Source of the DNA: an uncultured Bacilli bacterium
GTDB taxonomy: Bacteria > Bacillota_I > Bacilli_A > RF39 > UBA660
Direction of reading: 5' to 3'
DNA: 64,000 nucleotides
Assembly (NCBI GenBank): GCA_958413985.1
Contig: CATYVZ010000006.1
Coordinates: 2,072-66,071, forward strand
Positions 56,289 through 64,000 of the stretch are shown here, in pieces. The notes under the pieces are model-generated. The model had not been told where the DNA came from, made no database searches, and was given only the letters and a program-made list of their open reading frames with translations. The position numbers and the translations under genes are program-made. How positions within the stretch are numbered: position 1 is the first letter of the stretch; the number at the start of each line of letters is the position of its first letter.

Positions 56289-59162
56289 ATGAAAAAAATA
56301 CGTCCTAAAGAAAATAAAAAAGAAAATAAATTGATAAAAAAAATAAAAGAGAAATCGAAAATAATAATTTTTGCTTTAATCTGTTTGATAGCTTTAATTA
56401 TTGGTTCATTTACAATCGGCTTTGTATCAACTTTAATCCTTTTGATTATAGCTAGTTTAATTTATTATTTTGTAACTAAACCTAAAAAGAAAACTAAAAA
56501 AAGTGGCAAAGAAATATTAAAAACGGTTCTTATATTTTGTTTTTCTTTCGCAATTTTCTTTTTGATTGTCGCTGTTGGCTTTGCTAGTTATATTATCTTA
56601 ACTGCACCAGAATTTAATGTCGAAAACTTATACAATAAAGATGCTTCTATTTTATATGGTGCGGATGGTACGGAAATAGCTAAAATCGGTTCAGAAATCA
56701 GACAAAAAGTTACTTATGACGAATTATCACAAGATTTGATCGATGCGATTATTGCAACTGAAGATTCACGCTTTTTCCAGCATAGTGGAGTTGATTTACC
56801 AAGGTTTTTAAAAGCTTCATTTAGTCAACTTCTAGGTAAAGGTGGCGGGGGTGCTTCAACTTTAACTATGCAAGTATCAAAAAATGCCTTCACTTCGACT
56901 GAAGATGAAGGATTACAAGGTATCATCCGTAAATTTACTGATGTTTACTTATCAGTCTTTAAAATTGAAACCCATTATACTAAAGAACAGATTATCGAAT
57001 TTTATGTTAATTCAAATAATCTAGGTAGTTCTAACCGTGGTGTCGAACAGGCTAGTCAAGACTATTTTGGAAAAAGTGCTAGTGAACTAAATTTAGCTGA
57101 ATCAGCAATGATAGCCGGACTTTTTCAGGCTCCCGGTGCTTATAACCCATATTTATATCCTGAGGCTTGTGAGCAAAGAAGATTAACTGTTTTAAGCCTA
57201 ATGTTAAGACATGGTTATATTACTGAAGAAGAATACAATATTGCAAAAGAGTTGACTGTCGAAGAACTCTTAACTCACGATAACGATGAAGTTTCTTCTG
57301 ATGTTTATCAAGATTTTATCGATACTGTGGTCGAAGAAGTTATCGATCGAACTGGAAATGATCCTTACATTGTACCAATGCGAATATATACGACAATGGA
57401 TAAGACAATGCAAGAAACCATGGCTGGAGTTATGAATGGAACACTATATGAATGGAAAGATGATGTCGTTCAAGGGGCAGCTATCGTTATCGACGTTGAA
57501 AACGGTGAAATTAAAGCTGTCGGTGGTGGTCGAGATCGTGTCGTAAGAGGAGAAAACTTTGCCACTAACTTAAATCGTCAAATTGGATCGACAGCTAAAC
57601 CTCTTTACGATTATGGACCAGGAATTCAATATAATAATTGGTCGACTTATACTCCATTTACTGATGAACCTTATTCATATTCTGACGGTATTTCAATTAA
57701 AAACTGGGATAGTTCTTATTACTATTTCCAAACTTTACACGATGCTTTAAAACATTCACGTAATATTCCGGCAGTCAAAGCTTTTCAACAAATTAAAAAT
57801 AGCAATATAAAAGAATTTGTAACCAATTTAGGTTTATCGCCAGAAATCAAAAATGGTTTACTTTATGAATCTCACGCTTTAGGTGGATATAATGGTGAAT
57901 CCCCACTTACTATGGCTGCTGCTTATGCTGCTTTCTCAAATGGTGGCTATTATATCGAACCTCACAGCTTTACTAAGATTGAATATATCGACTCTGATGA
58001 TACTTATGAAGTTAAACCGATTACAAGAAAAGCAATGAGTGAAGATACAGCCTACATGATCACTAAAGTTTTAGAAGATACATCTAGTTATGCAGTTGGA
58101 TTAAGTGTCAATGGTGTTAACTATGCTGCTAAAACTGGTACTACTAATCTAGATTCTGATACAATTAGAGATTATGATTTACCTAGAAATGCAATTAGTG
58201 ATAAATGGATAGCAAGCTTTAATGATTCATATTCTATTGCCGTTTGGTATGGATATCAATATCTCGATAAAGATTATTGCCTAACTACTTCAGATTATTC
58301 GATCAAAAGGGTTTTCCAAACTATCGCTAAATCGGTCTACACTAAAAATTCTACTTGGAAACAACCAGCAGGAGTTGTCAAAGCTATTGTTGAAGATGAA
58401 TTACCTACTGCTATGTTAGCTAGTGAATTTACACCAAAAGATCAACAGATTACAGCTTACTTTAAAAAAGGTTTTGAACCAACTAGCACATCGACTAGAT
58501 ATAGTCAATTAGAAAATGTTACTAGTTTAAATTACGACAACAATACTAATACTTTATCATGGCAACCAATTGCTACTCCTGATTTTATTAATAATGAATA
58601 TTTATCTAAACTGTTTGATCAATTATATACAGATGATAAAACTAAAGAAAGCCAATTAAACAAACGAATTGCTTATAATAACGAAAATATTGGTTCTATT
58701 GTATACGATATCTACATCAAAGATAGTGCTGGTAATTTAAGTTTACTTACAACTACTACTAATAACAATATCGTATATCCTGTTACCGAAACAACTACTT
58801 TTGTCGTTAAATCAGCTTACTCGATCTTTAAAGATAATGCTAGTAGCGGCGCTGAATTTACGATCGAAAAAGATAGTTCAACGATTATCACATCGGAACT
58901 TAACAGTGCTTATACTGTAACTGTGCCAGTTGGACAAAAATATATAGAACCAGATAAACCAGTCATTGTGTTACAAAATGGTATAACTGATGTTACTAGT
59001 TTAGCAACTATTACTTATACAGTTAGAAGAAATTCTGACAATCAAGTTTTTAACAGTGTTTCTTATATTAATACAAGTGTTGCTGATTCATATACAATTA
59101 CATATTATATCAATTATGGTAGTTACCAAAATACTTTGACAAAAATAGTACAAATTCAATAA
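56289..59162 (+). CDS. ponA: class A penicillin-binding protein PBP1A (glycosyltransferase + transpeptidase)
   Basis: GT51 motifs (EDSRFFQHSGVD), transpeptidase STAKP (SxxK), TM anchor, AAGGAGAG RBS. Conserved recU-ponA operon. Confidence 0.85.
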   Translation: MKKIRPKENKKENKLIKKIKEKSKIIIFALICLIALIIGSFTIGFVSTLILLIIASLIYYFVTKPKKKTKKSGKEILKTVLIFCFSFAIFFLIVAVGFASYIILTAPEFNVENLYNKDASILYGADGTEIAKIGSEIRQKVTYDELSQDLIDAIIATEDSRFFQHSGVDLPRFLKASFSQLLGKGGGGASTLTMQVSKNAFTSTEDEGLQGIIRKFTDVYLSVFKIETHYTKEQIIEFYVNSNNLGSSNRGVEQASQDYFGKSASELNLAESAMIAGLFQAPGAYNPYLYPEACEQRRLTVLSLMLRHGYITEEEYNIAKELTVEELLTHDNDEVSSDVYQDFIDTVVEEVIDRTGNDPYIVPMRIYTTMDKTMQETMAGVMNGTLYEWKDDVVQGAAIVIDVENGEIKAVGGGRDRVVRGENFATNLNRQIGSTAKPLYDYGPGIQYNNWSTYTPFTDEPYSYSDGISIKNWDSSYYYFQTLHDALKHSRNIPAVKAFQQIKNSNIKEFVTNLGLSPEIKNGLLYESHALGGYNGESPLTMAAAYAAFSNGGYYIEPHSFTKIEYIDSDDTYEVKPITRKAMSEDTAYMITKVLEDTSSYAVGLSVNGVNYAAKTGTTNLDSDTIRDYDLPRNAISDKWIASFNDSYSIAVWYGYQYLDKDYCLTTSDYSIKRVFQTIAKSVYTKNSTWKQPAGVVKAIVEDELPTAMLASEFTPKDQQITAYFKKGFEPTSTSTRYSQLENVTSLNYDNNTNTLSWQPIATPDFINNEYLSKLFDQLYTDDKTKESQLNKRIAYNNENIGSIVYDIYIKDSAGNLSLLTTTTNNNIVYPVTETTTFVVKSAYSIFKDNASSGAEFTIEKDSSTIITSELNSAYTVTVPVGQKYIEPDKPVIVLQNGITDVTSLATITYTVRRNSDNQVFNSVSYINTSVADSYTITYYINYGSYQNTLTKIVQIQ

Positions 59163-59175
59163 AAAGTGCAAGAAA

Positions 59176-59790
59176 TTATCTTGCACTTTTATATTTACAA
59201 ATCGATTTTAATTTACAATCTTCACAAAGCGGTTTAGTTGCCTTGCAATAATATCTACCAAATAAAACTAATTGATGATGAACTCGACATAAGTTATAAT
59301 TTTTAAACTTTTTAGTTAATTTAATTTCTGTTTTGTAAACATCGTCGTTCTTATTTGCTAACCCTAGTCTAATACTGACACGATGAACATGGGTATCGAC
59401 AGCAATACACTCTATATTATATATATTGCTTAAAACCACATTAGCTGTCTTTCTTCCAACTCCCGGTAAACTTTCTAAAAATTCACGATCATTTGGGACA
59501 ATATCACCAACTTGTTGTAATCTTTTTGCTATTTCGATAATATTATTTGCTTTCTTATTAAAAGTTCCAATCGGTTTAATTATATCTATTAAATCATCTA
59601 TTTTAGCATTGCGTAATTTTTCTAAACTATCATATTTTTTAAATAAGATACTAGTAACCATATTAACCCTTTTATCAGTGGTTTGAGCACTTAACATCGT
59701 CGCTAATAGCAGTTCATAGTCTTTATTATAATTTAACTCACATTTGGGATTAGGGATCAATTCATCTAAATAATCAATTATCTCGTTCAT
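59176..59790 (-). CDS. nth: endonuclease III
   Basis: HhH-GPD domain and a C-terminal 4Fe-4S cysteine cluster (CEDCKLKSIC). Confidence 0.85.
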   Translation of the reverse strand: MNEIIDYLDELIPNPKCELNYNKDYELLLATMLSAQTTDKRVNMVTSILFKKYDSLEKLRNAKIDDLIDIIKPIGTFNKKANNIIEIAKRLQQVGDIVPNDREFLESLPGVGRKTANVVLSNIYNIECIAVDTHVHRVSIRLGLANKNDDVYKTEIKLTKKFKNYNLCRVHHQLVLFGRYYCKATKPLCEDCKLKSICKYKSAR

Positions 59791-60415
59791 TTAACCAATC
59801 ATAATCGAATAATTCCTTATTCGCTTTCTTGTTTTGAAACTTTTGTCGATCGTTAATAATGTCTTGCTCTGTTTTAATCCCTTTTTTGTGCCAATCGTGA
59901 ATTATTTTATCTATGTATCTTAAGTTATTAACTCCATTAAAGACCGCTTCTTTTAAAGCTAGTAAAATTAATTCATCACTAAAATCTTTTTGCCATTCAC
60001 TTATGATTTGATAATCCATTGGCGATAAAGTACGCCCAAATTCTTTTTCAAAAGCATCAAAAATATTAGTTGTTTGATTTTTAGTTTCATTGTTGATAAT
60101 AATAAAAGCTAACTTTTTATATAATTCGTCTAAATTAATTATTTCTTCTCTTATTTTCTTGTTGACAACATCGATTTTTAAAACGTTCTTTTCTACTAAA
60201 GAATTAATAATATTCATTACTTCATCTAGTTTGAAATTTAAATCTTTAACTATTTGTTTGGGGTTAAAACAACTATCCGAATTTAATAGGTAAATTAAGA
60301 CTATCAATTCTGAATCTGTTATATCTAATTTGCGATAGTTTTTAAGTAAGATATTAGGAACATAAAATGGTTCTTTTTTTAATATTTCAACAAATTTTTC
60401 TAACATATTTATCAC
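59774..60415 (-). CDS. dnaD: DnaD-domain replication initiation protein
   Basis: Winged-helix N-domain and a C-terminal DnaD/DnaB-like domain (...ISEWQKDFSDELILLALKEAV...). Conserved dnaD-nth pair. Confidence 0.7.
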   Translation of the reverse strand: MINMLEKFVEILKKEPFYVPNILLKNYRKLDITDSELIVLIYLLNSDSCFNPKQIVKDLNFKLDEVMNIINSLVEKNVLKIDVVNKKIREEIINLDELYKKLAFIIINNETKNQTTNIFDAFEKEFGRTLSPMDYQIISEWQKDFSDELILLALKEAVFNGVNNLRYIDKIIHDWHKKGIKTEQDIINDRQKFQNKKANKELFDYDWLNERDN

Positions 60416-60429
60416 CCACCTTGAATTTA

Positions 60430-61377
60430 TTAGTTAGCTTTAAAATCAGCACACACGTCGTCTAATTCTTTTAACATTTGATCAACTTCTATAAAAGAGT
60501 TAGGTCTAGCTCCACTAGCGTAAATGTGTCCGCCACCTTCATAATGATTTGCTACTGTGTTTATAACTGGTCCCCTTGATCTAATTGAACATTTAATATA
60601 GTTATTACCTTTATCTTCGCTACAAAAAGCGATGACCTTAACTTGTTCAATATTGTTAAAGTTTTCGATCAAATTACCAGCGGTAGAAGGATCTACTTCA
60701 TATTTTTTTAATGTTTCATCAGTTATTTTAATGTATGCTAAACCATTTTCAGTAATATTTAGATTTGATGCTATAAAACCAAAAAATACTATTTCTTTCA
60801 ATGGTCTAAGATATAGATTGCTATATAGCTCAGTGAATTTAAGATTAGTTGTTTTTATCATCCAAGCTACTAATTCAAAGGTTTTATATGAAGTATACTC
60901 ATATAAAAAACGGTTTGTATCAGCTACTAAACCGATATATAGTTTAGCGGCAGCTTGTTCGTTTATTTTTAATTTTGTTTCTTTGGCTAATTGGATCACA
61001 AGTTGACTTGCGCTACTAGCTTTATCGTCGATCAACTCGATATTGGCATACTTTTCAACAAATGGATGGTGATCTATTTTGATGACATAATTAAAGTCTT
61101 TAGGATTAACGCCATCGATTCTTTTTAAATCAGGAGTATCAGTTACAATTAATAATGATTTAGTAAAATCCATTTCCGGTAAACGATCTACTGTACCAAT
61201 ATAACGAAAGCGAGCGGCTGGAGCACCAACTACGTAAACTTTTTTATTAGGGAAATTGGCTATAATTAGTTCTTTTAATCCAAGCGTACTACCTAAAGCA
61301 TCAGGATCAGCGCCAACATGTCTTGCAATTACAATCGTATCATATTTTTTAATTTTATTGTATATTTTTTTAAACAT
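60430..61377 (-). CDS. nrnA: DHH/DHHA1 phosphoesterase NrnA (nanoRNase/pAp phosphatase)
   Basis: DHH motif region and DHHA1 GGGH (YEGGGHIYASG). Confidence 0.75.
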   Translation of the reverse strand: MFKKIYNKIKKYDTIVIARHVGADPDALGSTLGLKELIIANFPNKKVYVVGAPAARFRYIGTVDRLPEMDFTKSLLIVTDTPDLKRIDGVNPKDFNYVIKIDHHPFVEKYANIELIDDKASSASQLVIQLAKETKLKINEQAAAKLYIGLVADTNRFLYEYTSYKTFELVAWMIKTTNLKFTELYSNLYLRPLKEIVFFGFIASNLNITENGLAYIKITDETLKKYEVDPSTAGNLIENFNNIEQVKVIAFCSEDKGNNYIKCSIRSRGPVINTVANHYEGGGHIYASGARPNSFIEVDQMLKELDDVCADFKAN

Positions 61378-61468
61378 AAACTCACACTTTCTACTTATTT
61401 AGTATACTATATTTATTTTTAATAGTCTATATTTTTTTATTTAAAAAGAAAATGTGTCTATCTTTAGA

Positions 61469-62650
61469 TCACATTTCAATTAAGTTATAAGTATCTCTTG
61501 CAATCATTACTTCTTCATCAGTTGGAATGATATAAACTGGAATGCTAGAATCAGATGTTGTAATTAATTGTTCTTTACCACGAACATTGTTTTTTTCTTC
61601 GTCTAGTTTTATTCCTAAAACTTTAAGTTTATCGACAACGCCTTTTCTAACGTTAACTGAATTTTCGCCAATTCCAGCTGTAAAAGCTATTGCATCAACG
61701 CCTTCTAACAATACATAGTATTTAGCTATATAGTCGACAATTTTTTGAATAAACATCTGTTGCGCTAAAATGCATCTTTCATTTCCTTCTTGAATTCCAG
61801 CTTCGATATCACGAGAATCACTACTAACTCCACTGATACCTAATAAGCCACTTTGTTTATTGATAACATTATCAATATCTTGATAGTTGATTCCTGTTTG
61901 TTTAATCATATAAGGAATAATACTAACATCGATATCACCACATCTAGTTCCCATAATGATTCCAGCATTAGGCGTAAATCCCATCGATGTATCGACACAT
62001 TTGCCATTTTTTACAGCTGTAATACTACCGCCATTGCCAATATGACATACGATAACTTTACAATCTTTTTTGTTTAAGATTTCACTTAATCTATTAGCCA
62101 CATATTTATGACTAGTTCCATGAGCCCCATATTTTCTAACTTTATATTTTGTATACCATTCATATGGTAAAGCATACAAGTAAGTTTTTAATTCCATTGT
62201 CTGATGAAAAGATGTATCAAACACAGCGACTGCTTGAGCATGTGAGACAATTTCTTTAAATGCTTTAATACCAGTTACAGCAGCAGGATTATGAAGTGGA
62301 GCTAAAGGGCTTAAATCTTGAATTGTTTGAATTACTTGATCATCAATTATAACAGATTGGTTAAATTGATCAGCACCTTGAACTATTCTATGACCAATTC
62401 CTTTGATTTCATCTAAAGAATTAATTATTTTATTTTCAAATAATTCATCTACTAATATTTTTACTGCTTGTTTATGATCAGTTAAGACTGCCTCTTTTAC
62501 TATTTTCTCTCCATTTATTTTTATTGTATAAAAACTATTTTCAATACCAATTCTTTCAAATACTCCTGAAATCAAAACTTTTTCTTCTGGCATTTCATAC
62601 ATTTGAAATTTTAATGATGAACTACCTGCATTAACTGCTAATATTTTCAT
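61469..62650 (-). CDS. ackA: acetate kinase
   Basis: MKILAVNAGSSSLKFQ N-terminus and ...HLGNG... motifs. Confidence 0.9.
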   Translation of the reverse strand: MKILAVNAGSSSLKFQMYEMPEEKVLISGVFERIGIENSFYTIKINGEKIVKEAVLTDHKQAVKILVDELFENKIINSLDEIKGIGHRIVQGADQFNQSVIIDDQVIQTIQDLSPLAPLHNPAAVTGIKAFKEIVSHAQAVAVFDTSFHQTMELKTYLYALPYEWYTKYKVRKYGAHGTSHKYVANRLSEILNKKDCKVIVCHIGNGGSITAVKNGKCVDTSMGFTPNAGIIMGTRCGDIDVSIIPYMIKQTGINYQDIDNVINKQSGLLGISGVSSDSRDIEAGIQEGNERCILAQQMFIQKIVDYIAKYYVLLEGVDAIAFTAGIGENSVNVRKGVVDKLKVLGIKLDEEKNNVRGKEQLITTSDSSIPVYIIPTDEEVMIARDTYNLIEM

Positions 62651-62661
62651 TTTTCCTCCTC

Positions 62662-63195
62662 TTAAATTTCATATTCAAAAACTTCACAGTTTTTGATCGT
62701 GATTTCACTTAATATACCATCTTTAGGTATTCCTTTAAAATAATAGTATAGTACTCGCATAATTCCACTATGCGTTACTACTATGATATTTTTGTCTTGA
62801 TATGTTTCTTTTAATTCTTCAATTAATTTAGCAACTCTATCGTAAAGTTGTCGGACACTTTCAGCTTTTTTATATTGAATATTTTTATTGTAATTCCAAT
62901 ATTCATCAAAATCAATGGATTCTTTAGGTTTTCCTGTAAATTCACCGTGATCACGGCCTAATAAACTATCAGAATAAATAATTGGAATTCTATTATCACT
63001 GATTATTTCTGCTGTTTTTTTGCATCTGTCTAACGGTGAACTAACGATTAGATCAATATTTTTATTTTTAAAATATTCACTAACTTGTTTAGCTTGGTTA
63101 ATTCCTTTTTCTGTTAATGAGGTATTTATTCTACCTACTAAACAGTCATTGGCATTTTCGATTGTTTCGCCATGTCTTACTACATATAGTTTCAT
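62662..63195 (-). CDS. histidine phosphatase family protein (phosphoglycerate-mutase-like)
   Basis: LYVVRHGET RHG motif; 177 aa. Confidence 0.6.
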   Translation of the reverse strand: MKLYVVRHGETIENANDCLVGRINTSLTEKGINQAKQVSEYFKNKNIDLIVSSPLDRCKKTAEIISDNRIPIIYSDSLLGRDHGEFTGKPKESIDFDEYWNYNKNIQYKKAESVRQLYDRVAKLIEELKETYQDKNIIVVTHSGIMRVLYYYFKGIPKDGILSEITIKNCEVFEYEI

Positions 63196-64000
63196 TATTC
63201 ACTCCAATCTACAATATCACAGAATGGATTATCAGAGTCATAACCACTTTGATTACCTAAAAAGGTATCCATCAAAAATGCTAGTATCACTGGTACTAGA
63301 AATAACAACACTGCTGCTATTAGTCTCGTTCCGAATCTTTTAAATGCACTTTTCATTTCTTTATCTGCATCGCCACTGGCTACTACTTTAACAAAGTCTA
63401 ATGTTCCTAAACCAACTGCTAAAATTGGTCCTGCAATTTTAATAATATCTAATACCCATACTAATTTGTCACGTATATCTTTTGATAATATTCCACAACT
63501 ATTAGAATAATCTTCAATAACATTATTTTTTACTATATCTTTATAGAACTCCGTAAAAGAAATGCATTCATCTATACGTTTATTACTGATAGTGCTCGAC
63601 TCACTATAATTTTTATACATTCCTTGACAATAATAAGCAACATCTGAAAGTTTTTGCTTAACTTCATATGGTAAGTTATTTGCACATTGATCACCATTGC
63701 AACTATAAGTATAACTATATCCCCAAGTACCACATGGTATTTCTTCAATAGTGTAATTAACTGATAAATTACTATTCAAATCATAAAATTCTAATTCTGA
63801 ATTTAAGTCTTGATTAGTTAGCTCTAATATGTATGGTTTTAAAGCACAAACTTTATCTTTAAAATCAAAACCAAGATATTTTTTACTATCAGTGCTACTG
63901 ATAGCATTATCCCACAAGGAATCACTCTTTGTCTTCGATATATAATATTTTCCTGCTGTATATTCATTGTAATAAATCGGGCTAGGATCAATTAAAGTAC
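63195..64000 (-). CDS. Cys-rich secreted/membrane-anchored hypothetical protein, 5'-partial; the frame stays open to the window end
   Basis: The frame is open upstream of the track's TTG at 63917, through to 64000. It has a C-terminal TM (LIAAVLLFLVPVILAFL) and multiple Cys residues. Confidence 0.45.
   Translation of the reverse strand, partial: TLIDPSPIYYNEYTAGKYYISKTKSDSLWDNAISSTDSKKYLGFDFKDKVCALKPYILELTNQDLNSELEFYDLNSNLSVNYTIEEIPCGTWGYSYTYSCNGDQCANNLPYEVKQKLSDVAYYCQGMYKNYSESSTISNKRIDECISFTEFYKDIVKNNVIEDYSNSCGILSKDIRDKLVWVLDIIKIAGPILAVGLGTLDFVKVVASGDADKEMKSAFKRFGTRLIAAVLLFLVPVILAFLMDTFLGNQSGYDSDNPFCDIVDWSE

Noticed and set aside
1-64000. CRISPR arrays, rRNA/tRNA genes, transposases/integrases or other mobile-element hallmarks
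   Set aside because: None seen. There are no short regularly spaced repeats, no tRNA-like cloverleaf candidates, and no transposase- or integrase-like ORFs. The island therefore has no visible mobility gene within the window.

Overview
The window is ~64 kb from a very AT-rich, low-GC Firmicute that looks like an endospore former. It has a pro-sigmaE/K-like sporulation sigma factor, a SPOCS-LysM coat-assembly-like protein, a CotS-like kinase, PdaA/PdaB-like deacetylases and a Tyr/Pro-rich coat-like peptide. Gene order is Bacillus-like: rlmN-prpC-prkC-rsgA-rpe, ymfM-pgsA-recA ... rny, gpsB-rnpB, recU-ponA, dnaD-nth and mltG-DUF1292-ruvX-ireB. Most of the window is housekeeping: gltX (partial), tkt, ttcA-like, alaS, cmk, frr, thrS with a T-box leader, lon, rny, recA, rnpB, ackA and nrnA. 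Two things stand out.

(1) About 17 kb (9228..26180) lies between alaS and ireB, which are adjacent in other Firmicutes. It is bounded by two diverged copies of an [adenylate-forming ligase -> hybrid sensor kinase] module. The two kinases share a 1314-bp, >99.7 % identical segment (9228..10541 and 22500..23813). Between the copies is a tightly packed six- to seven-gene minus-strand operon with a single sigmaA-type promoter. Its genes are a 45-aa peptide, a C-terminally truncated long RSH (Rel-like (p)ppGpp synthetase/hydrolase), a radical-SAM enzyme fused to a histidine phosphatase, a B12-binding radical-SAM enzyme, a stand-alone AlaRS-catalytic-core paralog, an S51 (peptidase E-like) peptidase and an MBL-fold hydrolase. 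A 5'-frameshifted GNAT acetyltransferase follows. I take this to be a candidate undescribed pathway for a modified (aminoacyl/peptidyl) nucleotide or nucleoside metabolite or signal. That reading is inference only.

(2) The recA-rny interval, where Bacillus has pbpX, instead holds an orphan HerA/DUF87 ATPase, divergent from two membrane proteins (DUF2628-like and DUF3137-like). A 9-bp poly-C tract sits in their shared promoter region.

Other items are an rnpB (type B RNase P RNA), a threonine-type T-box preceding an unknown 165-aa ORF that overlaps an N1-domain-less thrS, a GC-rich possibly structured element upstream of tkt, and several small ORFs.

All calls come from reading the sequence and ORF track by eye; no database searches were run. 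Coordinates taken by counting within sequence lines may be off by 1-2 nt.
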